From Flavobacteriales bacterium (GTDB lineage: Bacteria; Bacteroidota; Bacteroidia; Palsa-965), in the NCBI GenBank assembly GCA_040377305.1, contig JBEIPA010000008.1, forward strand, positions 96,001 to 160,000: DNA of 64,000 nt, written 5' to 3'. A program made the position numbers and the translations under genes. Numbering within the stretch: the stretch's first letter is position 1; each line of letters begins with the position of its first letter. This document shows positions 10,600 through 21,477 of the stretch, piece by piece. The notes under the pieces were generated by a model. The model was not told the origin of the DNA. It ran no database searches and worked only from the letters and a program-made list of their open reading frames with translations.

Positions 10600-10631
10600 A
10601 GTTGTAGGAATAATTCCCCCTAATCCTACAC

Positions 10632-10664
10632 ACCGTCCGTGAACTCAGTTTGCGGGCGGTTTTT
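10632..10664 (+). terminator. Rho-independent terminator
   Basis: ACCGTCCGTGAAC...GTTTGCGGGCGGT stem followed by a T run. Confidence 0.7.
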
Positions 10665-10805
10665 CATTTTACGGAATTTAAGAAATACGGCACATCTGTT
10701 TGATGGAACTACCGCGTCTGTTAAACACACCGAAATAGGGGTTCCGGTCTCAATAATTTTGGTGTAATACTTATCACAGTGCTGAAATCAATAATTTCTT
10801 AACCC

Positions 10806-13800
10806 ATGAAAAAGCTCATTCTACTATATGCAATTGGCATTTTAGGTGCATTGCAAACACAGGCACAAACTATTTCCCACATGTGGTCCCGCGCCGCTGG
10901 TGGAAGCAATAATGATGCAGCTCACGGTATTGAAGTAGATGCGTCGGGTAACGTGTACACTGCGGGATACTTCTATGGTACAGTAGATTTTGATCCCGGC
11001 CCCGGAACATTAAATCTGACCTCCGCAGGTTCGTACGACATATTTGTTCAGAAACTAGATGCCAACGGAAGTCTGCTTTGGGTAAAACAAATTGGTGGTA
11101 GCGCTGGCAGCGAAGTTGCATTCGCGCTCGACGTTGATCCAAGTGGTAATATTCATTTTACTGGATACTTCGTCGGCACAGTTGATTTCGATCCTGGTGT
11201 GGGAACTGCAAACCTCACCTCTTCAAGCGGCGCAGACGTTTACGTTTGCAAGCTGGATAATAATGGAAATTATATCTGGGCTGTTGCGAATTCTGCTGCG
11301 AGTACTCAAAACGAACAAGGAATGGGTATCGCAGTTGATGGATCTGGAAATGTTTACTACACCGGCCTATTCCGTACCAACATGGACGTAAACCCGGGTG
11401 GACCAACTGTGACAATCTACACCGGAGCAGGAAACCTTCAGGTATTCATGATCAAACTCGATGCGACAGGTGCTTATGTGTGGGGTAAAGGTTTCAACGG
11501 TACAGGAACATCAGTGGGTAACGCAATTGCACTTGATCCAACCGGATCTGATGTTTACATCACGGGGTATTACAGCGGAACAGTGGATGTTGATCCGACC
11601 GCGCCTCTACTCAACCGTACAGCAGTTGGTCAGAATGATATTTTCATCGAGAAACTGTCTTCAGCAGGAACCTTCGGCTGGTGCATTAACTACGGAAGTA
11701 GTTACAACGAAGCGGGACAAGGTATCGCTATTACAGCAGCAGGAATAACCGCAACAGGCTCTTTCGCTGGCACCATCGATTTCGATGCCGGTGCTGGAAC
11801 AGCAAACATGCAAACTGACCTGATGTCGGGCAACACTGATGTGTATGTTCTTCGACTTACAACTGCGGGCGCATACTCGTGGTCGAAAAGTATTGGTGGA
11901 ACGGGTGTTGATGCGGGGTATGCAACTGCTGTAGATCAAAGCGGAAATGTATATACGACAGGATACTTCTCCGGCACTGCTGATCTCAATCCATCTGCGA
12001 CAACCCAAAATGCTACTTCGGCTGGAGTTGAAGATATTTTTGTCATGAAGCTTGATGGCTCCGGAAATTTTATTTGGAGCGGCGCATTAGGAAGTGCCGG
12101 TGCCGATATGGGCAACGCAATTTTCGGAACCTCTGCAAACAACGTGTACTATGCTGGTCACTACAGCGGCAGCATGGATTTCAATCCGGGTGCAGGAACA
12201 ACAACACTTGCAAACAGCGGTATGCGCGACATTTTTGTGTCGCGTTGGAATCAATGCACTGCGGCTCCATCAGCACCCGGGGTAATTTCCGGTGCAACTC
12301 CTGTTTGCGTTGGATCGACACAAACGTATAGTGTGACTGCGGTTGCAGGAGTAACGTATACATGGACACTGCCTGGTTTATGGAGTGGAAGTTCGAATTC
12401 AAATTCCATCGCTGCAACCGTAGGTGCGGGAAGCGGAAACATTACATGTACAGCGTCAAACGGATGCGGTACAAGTTCAACATCTACTTTGGCGGTGACC
12501 CATGCAACAATGCCAGTAACTCCATCAGCCATTTCAGGTTCGGCTACAGTTTGCGCCGGCAATGTTGTGACGTACAGTGTAACGCCAGTTGCAGGCATAA
12601 CTTACGCATGGACACTTCCGGGTGGATGGCCGGGTGGATCACCAAGCAATGTTGTTACGAGCACTGCAGGATCAAGCAGCGGAACCGTTTCGGTAACTGC
12701 AAGCAACGTGTGTGGTACAAGTTCAGCGTCAACATTGGCTGTAACATCAAGCGCCATTCCGGCAATGCCAAGTGTAATTTCGGGACCAGATACTATGTGT
12801 CCGGGTGCAATCAATACTTACAGCGTAACACCGGTTGCGGGAGTAACATACAATTGGACGTTACCACCAAGTTGGACAGGAAATTCAACATCTAACTCGA
12901 TCACCGCAACCGCAGGAACTGCAAGTGGATTTATTGAAGTTACAGCAACTAACTCTTGCGGAACAAGTGTACAGAGTTGGATAACGGTTGTTGTCAATAA
13001 CATTCCAACTAATCTTGGACCACTAACAGGTCAATCGCCGATCTGTGAAGGAAGTACACAGGTGTATACGGTAGCGAGCTATCCAGGCGCGACCTACACA
13101 TGGACACTACCTGCAACATGGACCGGTAACTCCACAACCAATTCACTTACCGCAATCGCAGGTTCTGCTGGTGGAACACTTTCCGTTGTTGCATCCAACG
13201 CCTGCGGAACCGGAAATCCGTCCTCGTACAACATTGCTGTAACAAATATTCCTGCGTCTCCTGTAAACATTGGCGGACCAGATACAGTATGTGGAAATTC
13301 CAATGCGACGTACTCTTGTTCCTCAATGCCAGGTGCAACATCATACACGTGGACCTTGCCTGGAGGTTGGAGCGGCTCATCAACATCAACATCAATAAAT
13401 GTTGTCACAGGAAATATCAGCGGAACTGTACAGGTTACTGCGAATAATACGTGCGGCAGCTCCGTCCCTAATAGCTATTCTGTCTTCACGGACACAGTTC
13501 CACTCGCTCCTGCCGCTATCACCGGAACAAGTGTTCTGTGCGAAAACAGTCCGTATGTATTTACATGCAGTTCAGTTGCGAATGCGACAACGTACAACTG
13601 GACTTATCCTTCAGGATGGACAGGAACCACTTCAGCAAATTCACTGAACGGAATAGTTGATAGTAATGGAGGATTAGTTTCTGTTTCGGTGACCAACCTC
13701 TGCGGAACATCAAACATGGCAACGTTAAGCGTAACAGTAAATCCTATGCCGGTTACATCAATCACAACAACAGGTGGAGGAATGGTTGCGGATGAACTCA

Positions 13801-14198
13801 ACGCAACCTACCAGTGGCTCGACTGCGTAAACAGTATGAGCACAATTGCAGGTGCAACAGCACAACAATTTGTTCCTTCATCAAACGGCTCCTATGCAGT
13901 TGAAGTGAACCTCAATGGTTGTATAGATACCAGTGCATGCGACTCATTCCTTACTGCCGAAACCCTTGAATTAAACCGTAACATCATGCTCGTGTATCCG
14001 AATCCTACATACTCAGAAGTTTATTTGCCGGGAGTAGCAAACAATACGTTAATTGAAGTGTGTGATCTTACCGGTCGCATCGTGAAAGAAGTCTACTATA
14101 GTGGCGCTCTTTCGCTCAGTGAACTTGCTGCGGGTACGTACGTACTTCGCGTTTATACAGAAGACGGAACATTCACGAAGAGCATACAGAAACAATAA
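10806..14198 (+). CDS. Large T9SS type A secreted protein: SBBP beta-propeller plus about 6 PKD/Ig-like repeats
   Basis: VD.SGNVY.TGYF.GTVDFDPG repeats; ISG...VC....TYSV.PVAG.TY.WTLP..W repeats; C-terminal VYPNPT...LAAGTYVLRV. Confidence 0.92.
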   Translation: MKKLILLYAIGILGALQTQAQTISHMWSRAAGGSNNDAAHGIEVDASGNVYTAGYFYGTVDFDPGPGTLNLTSAGSYDIFVQKLDANGSLLWVKQIGGSAGSEVAFALDVDPSGNIHFTGYFVGTVDFDPGVGTANLTSSSGADVYVCKLDNNGNYIWAVANSAASTQNEQGMGIAVDGSGNVYYTGLFRTNMDVNPGGPTVTIYTGAGNLQVFMIKLDATGAYVWGKGFNGTGTSVGNAIALDPTGSDVYITGYYSGTVDVDPTAPLLNRTAVGQNDIFIEKLSSAGTFGWCINYGSSYNEAGQGIAITAAGITATGSFAGTIDFDAGAGTANMQTDLMSGNTDVYVLRLTTAGAYSWSKSIGGTGVDAGYATAVDQSGNVYTTGYFSGTADLNPSATTQNATSAGVEDIFVMKLDGSGNFIWSGALGSAGADMGNAIFGTSANNVYYAGHYSGSMDFNPGAGTTTLANSGMRDIFVSRWNQCTAAPSAPGVISGATPVCVGSTQTYSVTAVAGVTYTWTLPGLWSGSSNSNSIAATVGAGSGNITCTASNGCGTSSTSTLAVTHATMPVTPSAISGSATVCAGNVVTYSVTPVAGITYAWTLPGGWPGGSPSNVVTSTAGSSSGTVSVTASNVCGTSSASTLAVTSSAIPAMPSVISGPDTMCPGAINTYSVTPVAGVTYNWTLPPSWTGNSTSNSITATAGTASGFIEVTATNSCGTSVQSWITVVVNNIPTNLGPLTGQSPICEGSTQVYTVASYPGATYTWTLPATWTGNSTTNSLTAIAGSAGGTLSVVASNACGTGNPSSYNIAVTNIPASPVNIGGPDTVCGNSNATYSCSSMPGATSYTWTLPGGWSGSSTSTSINVVTGNISGTVQVTANNTCGSSVPNSYSVFTDTVPLAPAAITGTSVLCENSPYVFTCSSVANATTYNWTYPSGWTGTTSANSLNGIVDSNGGLVSVSVTNLCGTSNMATLSVTVNPMPVTSITTTGGGMVADELNATYQWLDCVNSMSTIAGATAQQFVPSSNGSYAVEVNLNGCIDTSACDSFLTAETLELNRNIMLVYPNPTYSEVYLPGVANNTLIEVCDLTGRIVKEVYYSGALSLSELAAGTYVLRVYTEDGTFTKSIQKQ

Positions 14199-14210
14199 TC
14201 CCTACAATGC

Positions 14211-14246
14211 AAAACGAGGAGCTTCTGTTGAAGACTCCTCGTTTTT
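14211..14246. terminator. Bidirectional intrinsic terminator
   Basis: AAAACGAGGAG...CTCCTCGTTTTT between convergent genes. Confidence 0.8.
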
Positions 14247-14264
14247 GTCATTTTCTGGATTAGC

Positions 14265-15008
14265 TTAAACCGATTTCAGATACTCCAACAACGCATCTTT
14301 CTTTCTGCTCGACACAGGAACCGTTTGTCCACCGTCGAGCACCAGACTTCCACCATCGGTTTTATCGAAGCGAACTATGCGGTTCAGATTTACGAGATAC
14401 GTGTTGTGTACGCGCATGAAGCCAAATCCTTCGAGCAGTTCCTCGTATTCCTTGATATTTTTTGAGACCATCACTTTCTCTCCATTACCAATGAAAAAGT
14501 GTGTGTACACTCCTTCTGCCTGTAGATAAGCAATGTCGCTTACCTTGATTACATAAATTGCCTTCTGATCCTTCAGCACAATTTTCTTCTCCTCATCCGA
14601 ATTGCGCATGCGGTTGTTCAGCACACTCAACTGACTCATCAATTCGTTTTGTTTCGCGCGGAATGAAGCACGTTTTACCGCTTCTGCCAGTAAATCCGGC
14701 TCAACGGGTTTCAACAAAAAATCGATCGCACTGAAACGAAATGCATCCACCGCGTATTTGTTGTACGCAGTAATAAATACCACCTGAAAATTAATGTCCT
14801 GAACTTTATTCAGCATGTCCATTCCGGTTCCGTCCTGCATTTCTACATCGGTAAAAAGCAGGTCCGGTTGAATTTCGTGAATGGCGCGTATCCCGGCCAC
14901 TACTCCGTCGGCTTCGTGAATGGACGTAACCTGCGGACAAAATTTCTCAAGCATCAAGCGCAAGCCTTCGCGAATTTCTTTTTGATCGTCTACAATCAGT
15001 GTTTTCAT
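14265..15008 (-). CDS. LytR/AlgR family response regulator (REC + LytTR)
   Basis: LIVDD, LFTDVEM, FITAY, AIDFLLKP; C-terminal FMRVHNTYLVN...VPVSSRKK. Confidence 0.95.
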   Translation of the reverse strand: MKTLIVDDQKEIREGLRLMLEKFCPQVTSIHEADGVVAGIRAIHEIQPDLLFTDVEMQDGTGMDMLNKVQDINFQVVFITAYNKYAVDAFRFSAIDFLLKPVEPDLLAEAVKRASFRAKQNELMSQLSVLNNRMRNSDEEKKIVLKDQKAIYVIKVSDIAYLQAEGVYTHFFIGNGEKVMVSKNIKEYEELLEGFGFMRVHNTYLVNLNRIVRFDKTDGGSLVLDGGQTVPVSSRKKDALLEYLKSV

Positions 15009-16876
15009 GCGTTGATCAAAGGTAGTTTAACCAAAGCAGAAAAGCCGCGTTTTTCATTGGTAAAACCAACTTTAATTTCCGACTTCGAACCCCGCGATTT
15101 ATCGAGAAGCATCAAGCGATCTTCAATGATCTTTCCGGCACGTGAAGGATACCCTTCATGGGCATTGCCACCGGCATTCGCAGTCCCGTTATCAAGAACC
15201 TCTACAACCAGGGAGTTATCTGTTATTGAGAACAGAACCTTGATCTCACCTTTATATCCAATCTTTTTGAAACCATGCTCGATGGAGTTTTCCAGAAACG
15301 GTTGTACAATCATGGACGGAACCATGTATTGTTCCGGATCAAGTTCCCCAATGTCAATGGAAAAATCAAAAACATCCGGATACACAAGTTTTTGTACTTC
15401 CAGATAACCGGTGATGTATTCCACTTCTTCTTCAACAGATACGAGTTCGCTGTAGGTACTTTCCAACGTCTGTCGCATCACTTTCGCATAACGTGCGAGA
15501 TACAAAGGCACTTTATCCTCATTGCCCTTCTTCATGCTGAAAGTTTGCAAAGTAGTCAACGCATTGAAGAAAAAGTGTGGATTCATGCGCGCACGATTCA
15601 AACGCAATTCTGCTTGCAGATTTTCCTGTGCCGCCTTGAGTGAACGCTGACGAAACAACACAAATATTGCCACCAGCAAAACGACGAGAACCGAAATTCC
15701 CAGAATCAGAATATTGATACGAAGACTCTTTACCTCGGCCTCGTGGTTCAGCCGTTCAATCTCCTCTTCGTTTCTTGCTTTGTTGTATTTCTGCTCAAGC
15801 GTATTGATAATGTCCGTCCTCTCCAGCGACGCAAGACTGTCATTGAGATGAGTCATTCTGCTTTGCGCAGCAAAAGCTTCCTTGTAACGATCAAGTTTCA
15901 TCAGCGCCTTCATCTGAATTTCAAGGGAAGCGATGATGAGATCAACTTGTCCCCATTCTTCGGACAGTGCAACGGCAGAGTCGGCATACATCAACGCTTT
16001 TTCTGTATTGTTCAGCGCAAACCACGATTCACTTTGCGTTCCGTAAATCCGGATCAAAGTCACTTTATCCGACTTGCGATTAATGCTCATCAGCGCGCTA
16101 TCACAATATATCAAAGCACGTTCGTTCTGTCCGGTTGCCAGATAATATTCTGCGAATAAATCATAGGAGTGAATGAGTGCTTTCCTGTTACCGGCAGATT
16201 TCGCCAATGGCAACGCGATGTTGAGGTAATAAATTACGCTGTCAAGGTAGGTTGAATCATGTCCTTCCTCGAAGATCGTTCCGTACGTGCCGGCAATCAA
16301 AGCCGATATTCTCGCTGTACCGGAACTATCATTCAACTCTCCAAGTACATTCAGTGCTTTGATCTGATAGCTCACGGCTTTAAATGGCTGATCCATATCA
16401 GTAAGCATGATGCCTAGATTTGCATACGATTTATACAACAGCTCGTTGTAATCATGAAATTCACAAATCTCACTGCACCGTAATTGAAAATCTACCGCAG
16501 AATCCTTGCGATTGGTCTGGTGAAAATCTTTCGCCAAGAGAAAATAGAACATGGCCTTAAGCGAATCATGACAACCATCGTCGGAAATCCAAATCCTTGA
16601 GTCGAGAAGTATCCTTTCGCTTTTGCGGTATTCCGATTGTTTAAACTGAACGTCTGCATGAGCAAACTCAGCAAGATATTTACAGTTGTCGTCTTTCAGA
16701 GTGTTCGCGAGACTATCAGCACTTGCAAATGCTCTTGCCGCAATTAATTTCGCATGTTGACTGAGATAAGAGCCGGTTTGTACACAACCGCACTCAGTTT
16801 GCGCACCAAGCCGCAGATTGCCGATGATAACAGCAGATACCACGAGTAGAAAAATTCTTAGCAGGGGCATTTTCAA
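15005..16876 (-). CDS. LytS-like sensor histidine kinase with periplasmic TPR region
   Basis: TPR-like helices, one TM helix, ARMNPHFFFNAL, QPFLENSIEHG, LDNG. Confidence 0.92.
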   Translation of the reverse strand: MKMPLLRIFLLVVSAVIIGNLRLGAQTECGCVQTGSYLSQHAKLIAARAFASADSLANTLKDDNCKYLAEFAHADVQFKQSEYRKSERILLDSRIWISDDGCHDSLKAMFYFLLAKDFHQTNRKDSAVDFQLRCSEICEFHDYNELLYKSYANLGIMLTDMDQPFKAVSYQIKALNVLGELNDSSGTARISALIAGTYGTIFEEGHDSTYLDSVIYYLNIALPLAKSAGNRKALIHSYDLFAEYYLATGQNERALIYCDSALMSINRKSDKVTLIRIYGTQSESWFALNNTEKALMYADSAVALSEEWGQVDLIIASLEIQMKALMKLDRYKEAFAAQSRMTHLNDSLASLERTDIINTLEQKYNKARNEEEIERLNHEAEVKSLRINILILGISVLVVLLVAIFVLFRQRSLKAAQENLQAELRLNRARMNPHFFFNALTTLQTFSMKKGNEDKVPLYLARYAKVMRQTLESTYSELVSVEEEVEYITGYLEVQKLVYPDVFDFSIDIGELDPEQYMVPSMIVQPFLENSIEHGFKKIGYKGEIKVLFSITDNSLVVEVLDNGTANAGGNAHEGYPSRAGKIIEDRLMLLDKSRGSKSEIKVGFTNEKRGFSALVKLPLINA

Positions 16877-16951
16877 AATTAATCAATAAAGGACTACTGA
16901 ATACTTCACACTCAACTGCTGTTGCTGACTTCTCTTTAGTTATTTTTGGAC

Positions 16952-18448
16952 ATGTCCTGGCTCCTCTACACAATTTTTCTGCTGATTGCCTGTTGGGTCA
17001 TTTTCCGTCATCGCTATTTTCTGTTACCTGGATTACCACGCACCTCCGCAATCTGGTTTTTCGCCCTAAAGCTTATTGCCGGAATCGCAATTTGGTACGT
17101 GTACACCTACTACTATCCGCAGCGCGAGTATGCCGACATCTGGAAATACTACGACGATAGTGAAGTCGTTTACCGTGCACTCGACAATTCAACAGGGGAT
17201 TATTTCCGTTTAATTTCCGGAATCGGAATTGACGAACGCATGCAACACCAGTATGTCGATAAGATGCAGCATTGGGATCAGCAGTTCGAGAATAACCTGT
17301 TCAACGATTCACATACGATCATCCGATTCAATGCAATTCTGCGTTTGATTTCCGGTGGAAATTATCACACGCATTCATTGGTTATGTGTTTCCTTGCATT
17401 CATCGGATTGTGCGCGTTGTATCACTGGCTGTACAAGTTTCTCTGGCAATGGAAGAAAGTTGTCGCGTTCATTTTGTTTGTCTCTCCTTCCCTCCTCTTC
17501 TGGAGTTCCGGTGTGCTGAAAGAAGGAATTCTTTTTTTCTCATTGGGGATGCTGATTCTTCATGCATGGAGATTTGCCGAAGACAAAAAGAAATACCGCC
17601 TCATTTGGATTTGCATTTCGGTTGCTCTTCTGGCCATGACGAAATTGTATATGCTGGTCTTTGTGATTCCGTCGTTATTGTTTGCACTGCATCTGGTGAA
17701 ACATCCACGCTTTGCTTTCGTGAAGTTTGTCAGCTTACTCGTACTGCTTTTTGGAATTGCATTGGGTATCGACAAAGCGAAACCCGAATTCTCTCCATTC
17801 AAAATCATCGCGAACAAGCAAAATGACTTTTTGAATCTGGCGCGTGGTGGAACATACCTGATGGATTCGATGTACGTGGTTTATATCCGCCCGGATCAAT
17901 CAATCACGACTCAGAAATCGAGAATATTTTATGAATATGTAGTTGCTCCTAACACGGAAATTATTTACTGGAATATCGCTGATGATTTCAGAGATACATT
18001 GCGAAGAACAACCACAAAACATGAAGCATACAAGATGTTGTCATCAACTCCGGTTGCGGGAAGTCTGATGAACGTTAAACAACTCCAACCCAATGTGAGT
18101 TCTGTTCTGCGTGAAGTTCCCGGTGCGTTGCAACGAAGTATTTTCCGTCCGTGGCCCTGGGAAATAAGTCCGGTGATGATCATTCCTGCGACGCTGGAAA
18201 ATATTTTCATGTTCGCACTCATTCTAGCGATGCTGTTGTGGTACAAAAAACCATCATCAAAAGCTTTGTTCTGGTTTTGTGTTTGCTATGCGCTGATTAC
18301 GTTAACGGTTACAGGACTCACAACTCCGGTTCTGGGTGCATTGGTGAGATATAGAATCACAGCGGTACCGTTCCTGCTTTTTGCAATACTTCTGTGCATT
18401 GATCGGGAGCGATTGGTAAAAAGATTCCCTTTCTTCAGAACATTTTAG
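16952..18448 (+). CDS. Polytopic membrane protein (GT-C / polysaccharide-processing-like), function uncertain
   Basis: More than 10 TM segments; PSLLFWSSGVLKE, RPWPWE and GALVRYR motifs are typical of this Bacteroidota membrane family. Confidence 0.7.
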   Translation: MSWLLYTIFLLIACWVIFRHRYFLLPGLPRTSAIWFFALKLIAGIAIWYVYTYYYPQREYADIWKYYDDSEVVYRALDNSTGDYFRLISGIGIDERMQHQYVDKMQHWDQQFENNLFNDSHTIIRFNAILRLISGGNYHTHSLVMCFLAFIGLCALYHWLYKFLWQWKKVVAFILFVSPSLLFWSSGVLKEGILFFSLGMLILHAWRFAEDKKKYRLIWICISVALLAMTKLYMLVFVIPSLLFALHLVKHPRFAFVKFVSLLVLLFGIALGIDKAKPEFSPFKIIANKQNDFLNLARGGTYLMDSMYVVYIRPDQSITTQKSRIFYEYVVAPNTEIIYWNIADDFRDTLRRTTTKHEAYKMLSSTPVAGSLMNVKQLQPNVSSVLREVPGALQRSIFRPWPWEISPVMIIPATLENIFMFALILAMLLWYKKPSSKALFWFCVCYALITLTVTGLTTPVLGALVRYRITAVPFLLFAILLCIDRERLVKRFPFFRTF

Positions 18449-18668
18449 GTGTTGTGCTGTTTTCAATTCGCTGAGCGAATGAAAAATCTAAATGATATAA
18501 AAGGGGTGTTGCTTCGCAACACACGTCAGGCTCCTATTGGGAGCCTGTTACGGTCAGAAAACGGTCAAGTTTCATTGGAAAGGACCCGATTTTTACCACT
18601 TTCTGCGCCCCGTTTTTCCCTATTTTTGGCTCTCATCAAACTACCCTACAGGTACTCCTGTTCCGCCT

Positions 18669-20339
18669 ATGTCTTTTTTCACTTCCCTTTTCAGAAAAAA
18701 ATCAGCCACTGCAGCCATCGGCGACGAAGGTCACGGTCATGGCCTGAATAAAGTCCTCTCTGTTCGCGATCTTACATTCTTTGGCGTAGCTGCGATCATA
18801 GGCGGCGGTACATTCAGCGCAATCGGCAATGCATGTTTCAATGGTGGGCCTGCTGTAATTCTCCTATACATAATCTGCGCAGTTGCTTGTGGATTTACCG
18901 CGATGTGTTATGCAGAATTCGCGGCTCGTGTTCCTGTATCGGGCAGTGCGTACACGTATGCGTATGTTTCTTTCGGAGAATTATTCGCATGGATTATCGG
19001 TTGGGCATTGCTTATGGAATATTCCATCGGTAATATTTACATCGCGTTTTCCTGGTCGGGATATTTCACAAATCTCCTCGGTGGATTCGGAGTGCATCTA
19101 CCCGAGTTCTTAACGATCAATTACAAAGCAGCACACGCCGCATTCGACGCCAACGCGGTAGGAACAGAAGGTTATCTCGCGTGGACAAACGCTCCGATGA
19201 TCGGAAGCCTGCGTGTCATTTTCGATTTGCCGGGAGTAATGATCAACTTCTTCATCACCTGGTTGGTGTTCATCGGCACCCGTGAGTCGCGTAACATCAG
19301 CAACATCATGGTGTACATCAAGCTTGCTGTGGTTGTTCTGATTATCATCGTTGGCTTCTTCTATATCGATATTGACAACTGGACGCCTTTCATGCCGAAA
19401 GGTTTTGGAGGAGTAATGGCGGGTGTATCTGCAGTATTCTTTGCTTACATAGGTTTCGACGCAGTATCTACACTTGCAGAAGAAGCGAAAAATCCACAAC
19501 GCGATCTTCCGAGAGGAATGATCTACTCGTTGGTTATCTGCACAGTCGCTTACATCCTGCTTGCTCTTGTCCTCACCGGAATGGTTTCTTACACACAGCT
19601 TGGCGTTACAGATCCGTTGGCAGAAATCTTCGCTATCAAAGGCGTGAAGTGGATGCTCTACATTGTTTCCGTTGCAGCTGTAGTGGCTATGACAAGCGTG
19701 ATGCTTGTGTTCCAAATGGGCCAACCCCGTATCTGGATGACGATGAGTCGCGACGGATTGATGCCGAAGAAATTCTCCGAAATTCATCCGAAACATAAAA
19801 CACCTGGATTTGCGACGATCATTACCGGGCTCGTAGTTGGATTGCCCATGTTCTTCACCGATGAAAATTTCATTCTCGATTTCACAAGCATCGGAACACT
19901 CTTCGCATTTGTTCTCGTTTGCGGCGGTGTATTATTGTTGCCGCAAATGAGCAAGGCAGAACAAGGTGAAGCCACAAAAGGAAAATTCCGTTTGCCATAT
20001 ATCAATGCGAAGTTCATTTTCCCGGGAATCGTAATCGCAACATTTGGATTCCTGATCTTCCAGTTTCCGGAGTTCTTCAGAGACACATTTGTGTTTACTG
20101 AAGACACCGTATCGCACAACATTCCAATGATTGGCTTCTTCATCGTGTGTTTCGTGATGACAATTCTATCCTTCCTCAAGAATCTGTCACTGATTCCTGT
20201 GCTCGGTCTTGTATCCTGCTGCTATCTCCTAACCGGAATGGCTGGTTCAAACTGGCTGTGGTTCGGAATCTGGTTCGGAATCGGATTAGTTGTGTATTTC
20301 CTCTACGGGCGCAAGCACAGTAAACTCGCAGGGAAGTAA
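18669..20339 (+). CDS. APC-family amino acid permease (cationic amino acid transporter-like)
   Basis: GVAAIIGGG, YAEFAARVPVSGSAYTY, FFAYIGFDAVSTLAEEAKNPQRDLP, SRDGLMP. ATG at 18669. Confidence 0.95.
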   Translation: MSFFTSLFRKKSATAAIGDEGHGHGLNKVLSVRDLTFFGVAAIIGGGTFSAIGNACFNGGPAVILLYIICAVACGFTAMCYAEFAARVPVSGSAYTYAYVSFGELFAWIIGWALLMEYSIGNIYIAFSWSGYFTNLLGGFGVHLPEFLTINYKAAHAAFDANAVGTEGYLAWTNAPMIGSLRVIFDLPGVMINFFITWLVFIGTRESRNISNIMVYIKLAVVVLIIIVGFFYIDIDNWTPFMPKGFGGVMAGVSAVFFAYIGFDAVSTLAEEAKNPQRDLPRGMIYSLVICTVAYILLALVLTGMVSYTQLGVTDPLAEIFAIKGVKWMLYIVSVAAVVAMTSVMLVFQMGQPRIWMTMSRDGLMPKKFSEIHPKHKTPGFATIITGLVVGLPMFFTDENFILDFTSIGTLFAFVLVCGGVLLLPQMSKAEQGEATKGKFRLPYINAKFIFPGIVIATFGFLIFQFPEFFRDTFVFTEDTVSHNIPMIGFFIVCFVMTILSFLKNLSLIPVLGLVSCCYLLTGMAGSNWLWFGIWFGIGLVVYFLYGRKHSKLAGK

Positions 20340-20341
20340 TC

Positions 20342-21427
20342 ATGAAGAAGTTCTCAGTTGATGCGGATATCCGCAAAGCATCGACCATTGATTCGGAGTT
20401 TTATACTTCGGATGAAGTCTTTGGTGCATCAAAAGAGAAAATCTTCGCGAAGAGCTGGCAATATCTCGGTGATAGCGATGAGATAAGAATCAGCGGACAA
20501 CTTTCTCCGTACACACTATTGCCCGGTTATCTCGACGAACCAATTGTGCTTTCACGCGATAAAGACGATGCAATTCATTGCTTATCGAATGTATGTACGC
20601 ACCGCGGAAATATTCTCGTAGAACATAACTGCACCGATTCACAAATCCGCTGTCGTTATCATGGCCGTCGCTTTGAGATGAACGGAAAGTTTAAATCCAT
20701 GCCCGAATTCGAAGGCGTGGAGAATTTCCCTTCTACCAATGATGATCTTGCGAAAGTTCCGTTTGCACAATGGGATCGCTTGTTGTTCGCGGGAATTAAA
20801 CCTTCCGCTGATTTCAATATTGTATTCGGTGATATGATGAAACGCATGTCGTTTCTCAATCTCAACGAATTCAAACAAGATGCAACACGTTCTCGCGATT
20901 ACCTCGTGAAATGCAATTGGGCTTTGTATTGCGAAAATTACCTCGAAGGTTTTCACATTCCATTCGTTCACGCAGGATTGAACGCCGCAATTGACTACGG
21001 AACTTACACCACCGAACTTTACAAGTATTCCAGCCTGCAGTTTGCTTTGTCGCGCGGCGATGAAGATGTTTTTACATTGCCTGCAACACATCCCGATCAC
21101 GGAAAAGCAGTTTCGGCTTATTACTGGTGGGTGTATCCGAACATGATGTTTAACTTCTATCCTTGGGGATTGTCGTTGAATATCGTTCGTCCGATGGGAA
21201 CTTCATTGACGAAAGTTTCGTTTATCACTTTCATCAACGATTCGTCAAAGCTCGAACGCGGCGCCGGTGCCATGCTGGATAAAGTAGAACGTGAAGACGA
21301 AGCGATTGTAGAGAATGTACAACGTGGTGTTCGTTCTCGCTTTTACAATCAGGGGAGATATTCTCCAACACGGGAAACGGGAACGCATCATTTTCATAGG
21401 CTGTTGTGCGACTCGATAAATCATTAA
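20342..21427 (+). CDS. Rieske non-heme iron oxygenase alpha subunit (choline monooxygenase-like)
   Basis: CTHRG...CRYHG Rieske motif; NWALYCENYLEGFHIPFVH mononuclear Fe site; ED...ENVQRG. Confidence 0.92.
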   Translation: MKKFSVDADIRKASTIDSEFYTSDEVFGASKEKIFAKSWQYLGDSDEIRISGQLSPYTLLPGYLDEPIVLSRDKDDAIHCLSNVCTHRGNILVEHNCTDSQIRCRYHGRRFEMNGKFKSMPEFEGVENFPSTNDDLAKVPFAQWDRLLFAGIKPSADFNIVFGDMMKRMSFLNLNEFKQDATRSRDYLVKCNWALYCENYLEGFHIPFVHAGLNAAIDYGTYTTELYKYSSLQFALSRGDEDVFTLPATHPDHGKAVSAYYWWVYPNMMFNFYPWGLSLNIVRPMGTSLTKVSFITFINDSSKLERGAGAMLDKVEREDEAIVENVQRGVRSRFYNQGRYSPTRETGTHHFHRLLCDSINH

Positions 21428-21436
21428 ATATTATTT

Positions 21437-21463
21437 GCCGCAGATGCGCAGATTACGCAGATT
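21437..21463 (+). repeat. Short periodic repeat GCCGCAGAT-GCGCAGAT-TACGCAGATT
   Basis: Three CGCAGAT units at 8-9 bp period in the intergenic gap. Confidence 0.7.
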
Positions 21464-21477
21464 AAAAACAATAAAAA

